DNA of 64,000 bases, taken from assembly GCA_963817955.1 (NCBI GenBank), contig CAWFQK010000002.1, positions 256,001 through 320,000 of the forward strand. The letters run 5' to 3'. The first letter of the stretch is position 1; every line of letters starts with the position of its first letter. This document shows positions 37,314 to 45,856 of this stretch, in pieces. The notes under the pieces were generated by a model. That model was not told the DNA's origin. It did not search any database and was given only the letters and a program-made list of their open reading frames with translations. The position numbers were made by a program, and so were the translations under genes. The stretch comes from an uncultured Gemmatimonadaceae bacterium (GTDB taxonomy: Bacteria > Gemmatimonadota > Gemmatimonadetes > Gemmatimonadales > Gemmatimonadaceae).

Positions 37314-38595
37314 GGACCCGTCAAGTAATAAACTTTACACTAGGGCGTGAGGCCGAATCGCGTAGTTCCACTCTCCGTGGAAGGCGTGCGGGAACAGGTT
37401 CACCGTCGCGATCTCCGCGTCCGACACCTTATGCCCCACCGGATACCGATGCCGATCGAGGCGACAGGTCACCGTGAGCCCCTTGGCGGTCGTGGTCTTC
37501 GCAATCAGGCGCACGATGGTTTCGTAGTCCCGCAACGGCTCGCCGCGCCAGTTCGAGCTGATGAACGAGAACAAGCGATGCTCCACCTTGTTCCATTTGC
37601 TCGTGCCAGGTGGGAAATGGCACACCCGGAGCGTGAGGCCCGTCTCATCGGCCAACGCTTGCAGTTGCAGTTTCCATTGCCGCAGCCGGTAGCCGTTGCT
37701 GCCGCCCGCATCCGCCGTGATCAGCAGACTGCGCGCGGCGGGATAGAGGCGGCGGCCTTCCGCACGCCACCACCCGCGAACCGACGCCACCGCAAACGCG
37801 CCGGTGTCGTGGTCGGTCCCAACGTTCACGAATCCCCGGTTGCGGGCAAGGTCGTAGATGCCGTACGGGAAGGCGCGCGGCACCTCGGGGCTGGGAAAAT
37901 CATGCACGGCCACCCGCTCCGGGGTCTTCCCTTTCCGCCACTGCTGGCCCGCGTTCTGGTAGTTGCCGAGCAGTTCCTTCTTCTTGGTATCGACGGAAAT
38001 GACCGGTCGCTTCGCCCGCAGCGCGCAGCGCACGGCATCGTTGATGAACGCGAATTGCGCGTTGCGGTCGGGATGATCGGCCCCTTCCTCCGTCTTTCGA
38101 TTGGCTTGCAGACTGTAGTCCATGCTCCGCAACACCTGCGCAACCGTCTCATGACTGATCGGGTGCCCCTCCGCGGTCAATTCCGCCGCGAGCACGCGCG
38201 TGCTCTTGATGGTCCACCGCAGGGGGGATTCCGGATCGCCGCGCGTCAGCGGGTCCACCAGCGCCTCCAGTCGATCCGGCAGCTCCGGATCGTCTAGCTC
38301 GAGCATCGGGCGCCCGCCGCCCGCGCGGCGCACGCGCCCGGCCGGGAGGGGAGCCTCGTCCAGTTCGTGCAAGCCCTTCGTGATCGTGACGCGCGATAAC
38401 CCACAGGCGCGACTCACCGCGGAGATACCGCCCCGACCGAGGCGCCGCGCTTCGCTCGCGGCAAACAACCGCCGCGCCCGCTCATCCAAATGCGGCCACA
38501 ACTGGTTCACCCGCTGCTGCAATGCGCGCACGTCGGCCATGCGCACAAGATATCACTGTGCTCATTCCATGTAAATGTTATTGTCTGACGCCTCC
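37314..38595 (-). mobile_element. ISAzo13-family insertion sequence (1282 bp)
   Basis: Imperfect 26-bp terminal IRs (GGACCCGTCAAGTAATAAACTTTACA vs GGAGGCGTCAGACAATAACATTTACA, 19/26); TAA direct repeats at 37311-37313 and 38596-38598. Confidence 0.93.
37335..38546 (-). CDS. ISAzo13-family DDE transposase
   Basis: TRGDPESPLRWT, YSLQANRKT, HPDRNAQF, ISVDTKKKE, ADAGGSNGYR, PPGTSKWNKVEHRLFS. Confidence 0.96.
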   Translation of the reverse strand: MRMADVRALQQRVNQLWPHLDERARRLFAASEARRLGRGGISAVSRACGLSRVTITKGLHELDEAPLPAGRVRRAGGGRPMLELDDPELPDRLEALVDPLTRGDPESPLRWTIKSTRVLAAELTAEGHPISHETVAQVLRSMDYSLQANRKTEEGADHPDRNAQFAFINDAVRCALRAKRPVISVDTKKKELLGNYQNAGQQWRKGKTPERVAVHDFPSPEVPRAFPYGIYDLARNRGFVNVGTDHDTGAFAVASVRGWWRAEGRRLYPAARSLLITADAGGSNGYRLRQWKLQLQALADETGLTLRVCHFPPGTSKWNKVEHRLFSFISSNWRGEPLRDYETIVRLIAKTTTAKGLTVTCRLDRHRYPVGHKVSDAEIATVNLFPHAFHGEWNYAIRPHALV

Positions 38596-39193
38596 TAACG
38601 GAATGCCTCCGCTCCGCCCCGCCTTGCCGGTGAGCCGCACGGCGATCGAGCCATCGCTCTCTGCGCGCACCTCGGGGCGTACGCTCGCGAAGAAGGTGAG
38701 TGCGGCCTGCCTGGTCTTCTCGAATGTCGTGGCCACCCGCTTTGCCGTATCCGTGAGGATGCGCTCGGCAAGGTGCTCGATCGTCGGGAACGCTTCGGCG
38801 TCATACCGCAGCACGATCGCGCCCTTTCCGGCACGCTCTTCGGCTGATGCGAGGAGACTCGACTTCCCGAGCCGGCGACGCCCAATCACCCACAACACGG
38901 AGCCATTGCGAATGGCCGCGAGCACCGTTCGCAGCTCATCGGTGCGATCCACCAACTCATCTGCACCAAGTTCGCGTCCGAACTCAAACGGGTTCTTCAT
39001 AACATGGCGGCCAAAGTGGCAGTGAATACTGGACTATGCCAAAAGGAATAATGCCGAACGGTGTAATTCTACATGTCCCTGTGGCGGCGGCAAGCCCTTC
39101 AGCGAGATCCGGGTAGCGCGGCGGGGGGAAGAAGCCCACATCGTCGTGTCGCGCCGCGATTACCACGATGAACTCTTTCAGAAGCAGGACTCG

Positions 39194-39757
39194 CTAGGAC
39201 TGAGGATACTCCACCCTGGTTGTGACGCTCGCCGGCTCGCCCGTTCCACTTTTCTCACGCGTCGTCACCTCGATCCGCAGCGGCGTGCCTTTGAGAAGCG
39301 AGATGGCGTTCCGCCCGGTCGCGTGAAGTTCCTGGCGCGCGTGTCCCCCGACCAGCGCGACAGCTCCGCGATGTCCACGTCCGGCGCGATCCACGCGTCG
39401 GCTGTGAACCCGATGTTGCGACGGCAGGTCCGCGCGCCCTGTAGCTCGAGCACGACCGTTCCATGCACCCGTGCGTGCCGCGTTGCATGTCCGAGTATCG
39501 ACGGCCGGCGCCCAGATCGTCTACCGTTTGTGTCTCGGCGTGCGGCAGCACCATTCCGGCGGTGGCGCGCGGTCCGGGTCCCGCGTCGCTACTCGTCACG
39601 ATCGCGCTCTGCTGCGCTGGCACGACGATGGTCATCGTCGAATCGGCGGCACCTGCGCTGACACGCGCGGCGACAGGTGGGGCGATACGCACGGCAATGC
39701 GCACAACAGTACGCACGCGACCGCGATCATCCTTGCTCTCGTCCATTGCCGGTTCAT
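39194..39757 (-). pseudogene. Frameshifted secreted protein (possibly DUF4412-like)
   Basis: ATGA-coupled start MNRQWTRARMIAVACVLLCALP..VSAQ (signal peptide) stops after 41 codons; plausible continuation is spread over three later frame segments (TIVVPAQQSAIV, TADAWIAPDV, LKGTPLRIEVT). Confidence 0.5.
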
Positions 39758-40377
39758 GGCACCATCCTCAGCGTCGCACGGCGCGCTTCGCGATTGAGGC
39801 GCGCCCGGTGCGCCAGTATCGCATCAGGCATGACATGGAGCGGCTCCTCTCGCAGGGCCACGGCAATCGTTGCGGTCATGATCACAGTGGCAGCGAGTAC
39901 GAGCACGCCGCCGTGTGCCAGGGGAACCGCGGCCACGGCGAGCGTCTGGCCAACGAGCCAGCCTGTTGCGCCATACACCAGGTCGCGGCGGTACCCCTCG
40001 ACGCCCGGCCCGCGCAAGCCCAGCCTGTATGCGGTAAGCGCCGCCGCGACGTAGAGAATTCCCGTCCAGCTCTGCCCGCTCGACCCGGGCGTGAACTGCA
40101 ACAGGACCGCGCCGAGCACCGCAACGAGCGGAAGGGAGCGACCAGGGATGATCCACCAGAACTTCACGAATCGAGCCGGTAGACGATCGTCGCGCCGCCG
40201 CTCAACGCCCAGCCGGTATATGCCGGTCACGCCGAGGATCACCGCCCAGGGATAGCTCACTATTCCGCCGGGGCGCACGATGGCCAACACGAGCCACGCC
40301 AGCAGAAGCATGCGGCCCAGTGTTGGACGAAAGGCCCAGCGGAGCGCACGCATCAGGTCACGCAGAATGTCACGCAT
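39754..40377 (-). CDS. Hypothetical polytopic membrane protein
   Basis: About 6 hydrophobic segments; overlaps both neighbours; RBS GGAGG. Confidence 0.65.
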   Translation of the reverse strand: MRDILRDLMRALRWAFRPTLGRMLLLAWLVLAIVRPGGIVSYPWAVILGVTGIYRLGVERRRDDRLPARFVKFWWIIPGRSLPLVAVLGAVLLQFTPGSSGQSWTGILYVAAALTAYRLGLRGPGVEGYRRDLVYGATGWLVGQTLAVAAVPLAHGGVLVLAATVIMTATIAVALREEPLHVMPDAILAHRARLNREARRATLRMVP

Positions 40378-40729
40378 AGTTCCTCCGTGGTGGTACTCCG
40401 AGATGCACCCGCAGCCGGTGGCTGCCGCCGAGTGCGAGATGCTCGAGCTTGCGAACAGCCTGCATGCGTTTGATCAACGCGCCGCGGACGTAGCTGTCGC
40501 TGCACGACTCCGCGAAATCGGTTCCCCATTCCCAGAGGAGCAGCCGTCCATGTTGCCTGAGGTCCTGGGCAAGTAACCGGTCGCCCTCGGCCAGAAAACG
40601 TGCCCACCGTTTGATGAACGGCGCATACCGTCTGATGAGCTGCGCCACGGCGCGCTCCGCCTCCGGGCCGAGCACCTCGTGCGGCCAGCGGCAGTTGCGC
40701 CAACGCTGTTCTCGTGTGCGTATGCGCAT
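40370..40729 (-). CDS. Small protein resembling sigma-70 region 2 only
   Basis: AVAQLIRRYAPFIKRWARFLAEGDRLLAQDLRQHGRLLLWE follows the L...Y.P.I...A......DL.Q.G...LW pattern; no region 4. Confidence 0.5.
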   Translation of the reverse strand: MRIRTREQRWRNCRWPHEVLGPEAERAVAQLIRRYAPFIKRWARFLAEGDRLLAQDLRQHGRLLLWEWGTDFAESCSDSYVRGALIKRMQAVRKLEHLALGGSHRLRVHLGVPPRRNYA

Positions 40730-40732
40730 GGG

Positions 40733-41338
40733 TCACGCTGCCGCTTTCCAGACCATCCGCCCCATGCACACCTCGACGGCCGCGCGCGGTTCGCCAGCCA
40801 CGGCATGCGTGTCCAGATCCACCCATCGGACAAACCGGTCGCCGTCGTCCGGACAGAGCTGCCGTATGTTCCGATGAATGCCATGCTCGGCGAGGCGGCC
40901 GGACTCGTCGATGCTCGCTTCGATGGTCCGGCACTCGAAGCAGGGCTTCTCCTCTGCCGTGACGGTCGTGCCCTCCACGTGCACGACGATGCCCGTGTGG
41001 AGATAGCGGCGCCGCAACCTGGACCACTGGAGAAAGACGTCGCCGCGAATCGGCATGCCCACCCGTCCGATCCCGCGCTCGCTGGCAAAGCGCCACAGGT
41101 CGTCGCCGTCGGCGGTCGCGGGGAGCGGCCAGGCCGACCAGCCCGTCAGGTGATCGAAGTGCGACCAGTAGCCCACATGGTACACGAACGCCGCATGCCA
41201 CGGCGCGTCGATCGGTGCATGCACCTCGTGGAGCATGTACTCGATCAACTGTCCTCGGCCCGTCGGCCGCTCTTCATGGACGCCAATGAAGCCGTTGGCG
41301 CATGCCACGAACGCATCAGGAGACAGTGGACGAATCAT
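40733..41338 (-). CDS. CHAP-domain-like protein lacking the catalytic Cys
   Basis: A..FIGVHE....RG, PWHAAFV (usually PWCAAFV), P.RGDVF, HTGIV, RTIEAS (usually TIEGN). Confidence 0.72.
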   Translation of the reverse strand: MIRPLSPDAFVACANGFIGVHEERPTGRGQLIEYMLHEVHAPIDAPWHAAFVYHVGYWSHFDHLTGWSAWPLPATADGDDLWRFASERGIGRVGMPIRGDVFLQWSRLRRRYLHTGIVVHVEGTTVTAEEKPCFECRTIEASIDESGRLAEHGIHRNIRQLCPDDGDRFVRWVDLDTHAVAGEPRAAVEVCMGRMVWKAAA

Positions 41339-41388
41339 ATGTTAGACTATTGAGTAGATGAATGTTGGTATTGGTGGCCATCCCGTTG

Positions 41389-42261
41389 CTACTGCACGTC
41401 GAGCCGGTTCCCATGAATGCAGGCGGTTTCCCCCGCGTGTAACGCGCGTCCCGCTCCGTAGCTCGCCGACTCACTCTCGATGATCGCACTGCCCTGGTGC
41501 ACCTCGATCACCGTCGCCTCCCGCCCACCGCGGATGGTGTACCGTCCTGGCAACAGATCGACATGCACGCGGGTCGTGGAGATCCCAAAGAGCGAGTGGC
41601 GCGCCCCGTTCACGGCAATCTCGATGTCGCCCTGCAGGAACCCGGCGCGCGTGAACGCCGCACCCCGCGCGATGGGGGCATAGATGAATGTGCTTCCCGG
41701 CATGAGCATGAGATTCGAGCTGTCCGGAAGGATCAGACGCTGCGCGGCGCCACCGGCGGGAACACACCACTCCGTGGTGCCCCACCGTTGCCGCTCGCAC
41801 GACGTCTGCGGCAGTGGCCGCGACGCGATCGCCCGCGCCAGGGCATAGCTCCCACTGCCCACGCCGCCGACACGCAGCACGAGCGCCGCGAGGCCAACCG
41901 TCTGCGGTAGGTACCGCCAATACCGCAGCCGGTCCCACGCGCTGTGGTCGCCCAACAGTCGATGCGAGAACACGTCGGTACGCGCCAGCCCCGCCGCTTC
42001 AGTGATCTGGTCCCAGCCCGCCTGTGCCGCCGCACGTTGGCGTGCCGATTCGTCGAGCGGCACGGTGCTCTTGATGAACGTGATGGTCTCTATCCATTCG
42101 CCGACCCGCGCGTCGAAGACCGCTTCACGTTGCATTCTGGCCTCTACGCCATGTGCCGCTTCCGCGTCAAGCATGCCCCGCGCGTATTCCATCGCCAGGA
42201 TGTCGTCGTGAGTCACGACGCCTTCGCCATCAGTGTGGATGATATCCATACGATTATGCAT
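41389..42261 (-). CDS. FecR-like anti-sigma factor
   Basis: N-terminal EYARGMLD..A..VE anti-sigma helix, one hydrophobic segment, ILPDSSNLMLMPGSTFIY..FLQGD..TVIEVHQGS FecR-like strands; 8-nt overlap with the sigma gene. Confidence 0.7.
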   Translation of the reverse strand: MHNRMDIIHTDGEGVVTHDDILAMEYARGMLDAEAAHGVEARMQREAVFDARVGEWIETITFIKSTVPLDESARQRAAAQAGWDQITEAAGLARTDVFSHRLLGDHSAWDRLRYWRYLPQTVGLAALVLRVGGVGSGSYALARAIASRPLPQTSCERQRWGTTEWCVPAGGAAQRLILPDSSNLMLMPGSTFIYAPIARGAAFTRAGFLQGDIEIAVNGARHSLFGISTTRVHVDLLPGRYTIRGGREATVIEVHQGSAIIESESASYGAGRALHAGETACIHGNRLDVQ

Positions 42262-42967
42262 GATCGCTCCTCCGCATGCTCGTCGTCCGCGGCGCGCCCG
42301 CCGAGATGAGCGATTGCTGACCCAGGGGCAAGCGGCCCGCCTGGTATTCGTTTCGGACGGCCAGAAGCTCGGCGCGCAGCTCGCACACGATGTGCGTCAC
42401 CCGGCCCGGCGTGATGCCGAGAGCGGCGGCGGCGTCCCGATGTGGCATCTCGCGATGAAAGACCAACTCATAGACTCTGCGTTGCTGCTTGGTCAGGTTC
42501 CCGACGCCTGCCTGGATGGCCGTCCAATACTCGGCGTCCACCAACGCGGCATCTGGCCCATCGACCAGGACCGCATCGGGGTATGTCGTCAGGCTCACGG
42601 TGCGCCATCCACCCTGCCGTGCGTTGTCCCGACGTGCATCCTTCAGCTGGTTGCCGGTCGCCTGTTTGACGTAGGAGAAGAACTCTGCCTTGTGCTCGAA
42701 GCACGCGCCCTCGTCGCACCTCTTCAGGACCTTCAGAATGACCTTCACGGCGATATCCCACGCCTCGTCTTCCAGGGCGCCTGCCTTGCGGGCCGTGCGA
42801 AACGCCGCGTCGTACGCCTCTTTGAGGCGAGCGTCGAACAGTGGATCCAGCTTTGCGGTCGATGGTACCGGCAGGAGCGGTGGCTCCTCGACGTTGACAT
42901 CGTGCATACAGTACTCGTCCGGGTGGACCGGTGGACGGTAGAGAGGCAAGGTCGGGGTCGGCGGCAT
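42254..42967 (-). CDS. ECF-type sigma-70 factor (start 42967 or 42907)
   Basis: Region 2 DEAWDIAVKVILKV..YVKQATGNQLKDARR; region 4 LTKQQRRVYELVFHREMPHRDAAAALGITPGRV. Confidence 0.85.
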   Translation of the reverse strand: MPPTPTLPLYRPPVHPDEYCMHDVNVEEPPLLPVPSTAKLDPLFDARLKEAYDAAFRTARKAGALEDEAWDIAVKVILKVLKRCDEGACFEHKAEFFSYVKQATGNQLKDARRDNARQGGWRTVSLTTYPDAVLVDGPDAALVDAEYWTAIQAGVGNLTKQQRRVYELVFHREMPHRDAAAALGITPGRVTHIVCELRAELLAVRNEYQAGRLPLGQQSLISAGAPRTTSMRRSDHA

Positions 42968-43100
42968 CGCGTCTGATGTGCCTCTCTACTTGTACTAACG
43001 CCGAAATCGGCAAAACATGTCGGTTTTGGTCAATCGGTCATATTGGCCCTTGCGCCGACCCCCCATTTTCGGAACTAATATATAGAGGCATGTTCATCAC

Positions 43101-43922
43101 AGAACGCTCAGGCGCCGCGATGGAGTCGATCGCGCCGAGATCGAATGCGTGCCTGTCGAGATGGGATCGATCGTTGTCTAGCTCGAATGCACGCTTGTGT
43201 AGCTGGAATCGATCATCGTTCAGACCGAATGGACGCGTGTCCAGGTGGGATCGATCGGTGTTGAGATCGAATGCAATCCTGCCCCGAGGGAATTGATCGC
43301 GGTCGAGACCGAATTCCCGCGACTTTACCTGGAATACATTCCTGCTCATAGGGAATCCCTCGCTGTCTCACTCCAACTCACGCCTGCGCAGGTGGAACTC
43401 CCGCCCGTCACGATCGAACGAGCGCCGATCGAGGAGTGACTCCGGCGCATCCAGCTCGCACCAACGACGGATCAGGGCGGAGGCATTCCGGTTCCGATCG
43501 AACACACCGGTGTCGACCGATAATGCCGCCCGCGCCAGTGACAATGCCCCTCGCGCTCCATGGAACCTCTGCTCGCCAAGGCGCCTCTGATGCGCGTACA
43601 CACACATCTCGCGCGCGTCCACCCGCAATCTCCGCTCGGTTCGCTGGAATGATCTGACGTCGACGTGGAATGGTGTCCCGGTCAGGTCGGATTCCTTCCT
43701 GTCGAGAGCGAATCCACGCGCATCCAGGTGTGATTGGTCTGTGGTGAGACGGAACGGCGCCGGCGCAAACACGAACCCGTCGCGTGCAAGAACGAATCGG
43801 TCGCGTGCAAGCATGAACCGCTCGCGACCGACAGCGGACTCACGGCCGTGCAGGATGGAGTAGCGGGCATCCCGCGAGGAGTAGTCCCGGTCAACAGCAA
43901 ACCCTCGCTCATCACCATCGGA
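43101..43922. repeat. Degenerate 21-bp periodic array (~39-40 units, unbroken register)
   Basis: G[AG]A at 29 of 39 positions spaced exactly 21 bp (43122, 43143 ... 43920); approximate consensus GTCNAGNTSGAAY-N8. Confidence 0.85.
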
Positions 43923-44138
43923 GCCTCGGCCCTCGAAGCCTCTCCCGCTCGATCCACGCGGGACTCGTCCGCGCCGACATGGAACAGATCCCTGTCGACA
44001 GGTAATCGATTGTTCTGTAGGACCCAGTCGCGCGGACGCACGAGGGATGGCTGGCGCGGCACGTAGACACGACCAATGCACGCGGCACGTCGCGCTGTCC
44101 CTCGGCGACTCCGACAGGTCTGAAGGCAGCTCCCGCTC

Positions 44139-44270
44139 TTCCGACGACCATTCCGTCATTCCCGACTGCGCTTCCGTCGGTTCCGACGACCATTCCGTCA
44201 TTCCCGACTGCGCTTCCGTCGGTTCCGACGACCATTCCGTCATTCCCGCCGCGCTTCCGTCACTTCCGAC
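44139..44270. repeat. 42-bp (2x21) tandem repeat, ~3 copies
   Basis: TTCCGACGACCATTCCGTCATTCCCGACTGCGCTTCCGTCGG at 44139 and 44181, with a variant copy at 44223. Confidence 0.92.
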
Positions 44271-44379
44271 GGCGATCGCGACACATCTCACGTCTGTTGC
44301 TCTCTCTTCACGCCGGCGCGTCGGGCGCCCGCCGGCGTGCAGTTTTCTTTTGGCGCCCCCATGGCCACTTGGAGGCCAT

Positions 44380-45153
44380 ATGAAATACAGTGAAGGCAGT
44401 ACCCTGGAGACGCTCCGCCGCAGCGACGCATTCATCGCGGCGAATCCCGGCCCGTTCGCCACACTGAGCGGCTCGACGACGCTACGAGAGTTCAGCGACA
44501 CGATCGCGCAACTCACGGCCCACGCGGCGACGCAGGAGGATGGCAGCCGCGCGAGTCGGGGCGAGACGACGCGCCAGCAGGCGCTCCGGGTCGCGCTCCG
44601 CAAGCATCACATGCAGGGCATCGCGGCAGTCGCGAAGATCCGGCTCAAGGCAGTCCCGGACTTCAGCTCGCTGACGATGCCGCGGGCCAATGTCTCGACG
44701 GAGCGGTTGCTCGCTGCGGCGGCGGCCATGGCCGAGGCGTCGCGGCGGCACGAGGCCGTGCTGATCGACGGCGGGCTGTCGACCAATTTCATTGCACGTC
44801 TCGAGGCAGCGGCGGAGACGATGAAGGAATCGCTCGATGGTCGAGCGACATTCGGCGTCCGTCGACGGGGCGCCACGGCAGGACTGTCGATCGAGGAGCA
44901 GCGCGGACGCAACATGATCAAGCTGCTCGATTCGGAACTCCTGCCGCTCATCGGCGCCGACCAGGCCTTGCTCGCCGCCTGGCAGACCGCCAAGCGCATT
45001 CCGCGCAAACCGGGCGTCAAGATCGGGTCTACGACTGCGGCGACGACGCCGCCAGTCACCACCCAACCGGTCACCACATCACCCGTCACCACGCCACCCG
45101 TCACCACGCCACCGGTGACTCCTCCGCCGGCCAGTGAGGTGTCGGCCGCGTAG
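44380..45153 (+). CDS. Uncharacterised alpha-helical protein with C-terminal (PVTT[PQS])n tail
   Basis: RBS GGAGG then ATG 44380; 257 aa, Ala/Leu/Arg-rich amphipathic helices, no signal peptide; five 5-aa repeats near the C-terminus. Confidence 0.8.
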   Translation: MKYSEGSTLETLRRSDAFIAANPGPFATLSGSTTLREFSDTIAQLTAHAATQEDGSRASRGETTRQQALRVALRKHHMQGIAAVAKIRLKAVPDFSSLTMPRANVSTERLLAAAAAMAEASRRHEAVLIDGGLSTNFIARLEAAAETMKESLDGRATFGVRRRGATAGLSIEEQRGRNMIKLLDSELLPLIGADQALLAAWQTAKRIPRKPGVKIGSTTAATTPPVTTQPVTTSPVTTPPVTTPPVTPPPASEVSAA

Positions 45154-45186
45154 TTCGTCGCACCAGGAGGTCACAATCCGCAGTAC

Positions 45187-45220
45187 ACGCGAACGGCCGC
45201 CCTCGGGCGGCCGTTCGCGT
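45187..45220 (+). terminator. Perfect GC-rich hairpin (terminator or mRNA stabiliser)
   Basis: ACGCGAACGGCCGCCC-TC-GGGCGGCCGTTCGCGT; only a weak U-tract follows. Confidence 0.65.
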
Positions 45221-45269
45221 TCCTGGGCCTCTCACTCGCCCATTCCCATTCCCCTATAAAGGATCTCCC

Positions 45270-45560
45270 ATGTTCACCCAGTTCTCCCCTCCCCTGGTCA
45301 CTACCACTGTTGGTCTCGCCGCCGTCGCCACCGCGGCCTTTCGCTTTGGCGTCCACCACGAACGCGGCAACAGTATCAGCCGCCGCGTCAGCCTCGAGCT
45401 CAATCGCTTCCGCGATGAACTGACCAATGGCCTGGCCGCCGTCGAACGCCGCATGCGCAGGTTCGACGACGTCATTGCCTTCGTCTACGACCACAACCGC
45501 CGCCTCGCGCTCCTCGAGCATGGCGTGCGGGTGCATGGCACCCAGGTCGCCGCCACATGA
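45270..45560 (+). CDS. Small protein, one hydrophobic segment plus coiled coil (holin-associated-like)
   Basis: Hydrophobic N-terminus, then heptad region ending HNRRLALLE; ATGA overlap with next gene. Confidence 0.6.
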   Translation: MFTQFSPPLVTTTVGLAAVATAAFRFGVHHERGNSISRRVSLELNRFRDELTNGLAAVERRMRRFDDVIAFVYDHNRRLALLEHGVRVHGTQVAAT

Positions 45561-45856
45561 GCCCGCGCATGACGTTCTCCATTCGACACGGCGTTGCCCT
45601 TGCCCTCAGCTTCGTCCGCGAGCACACGGCCGAGAGCTGCACGCGGCTCTGCGCCATTCTGTGCTGCCTCACCGGCTGCGGGGCCGCGGTCGCGACGCTC
45701 TGGTTCGCCTTCATCAACCCCAGCGCGGCGGCCACGGTCGCCGCGCTGGTGGGAGTGACCTCGGCGCTCATTGCTGCCGGGTGTGTCGCCCTTCTCACCC
45801 GTACCAGAAACCCTGACTGCGCCCTCACCCCTGCTGGCGCCGGAGGTGTGGCATGA
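45557..45856 (+). CDS. Putative holin (2 TM, 99 aa)
   Basis: ESCTRL followed by two TM helices; immediately upstream of and coupled to the CHAP hydrolase. Confidence 0.55.
   Translation: MSPRMTFSIRHGVALALSFVREHTAESCTRLCAILCCLTGCGAAVATLWFAFINPSAAATVAALVGVTSALIAAGCVALLTRTRNPDCALTPAGAGGVA

Larger units (their letters stand above)
36549..39000 (-). pseudogene. AAA+/archaeal-type ATPase with probable C-terminal wHTH, interrupted by an IS
   Basis: MKNPF..G..VDR..EL and Walker A GRRRLGKSS in the 5' part; Walker B LIIDEFQ, FAGS, PFY in the 3' part; removing IS plus one TAA restores ..IPLLTDVLKG.. Confidence 0.9.

Noticed and set aside
43101..44270. CRISPR array interpretation of the periodic region
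   Set aside because: Units are only 21 bp, degenerate, and lack identical repeats separated by 25-45-bp unique spacers; no cas genes in the window
43368..44603. 411-aa minus-strand ORF as a real gene
   Set aside because: Overlaps the well-supported 44380 gene antisense, has no clear RBS, and its openness can be explained by the repeat; kept only as an alternative explanation of the array
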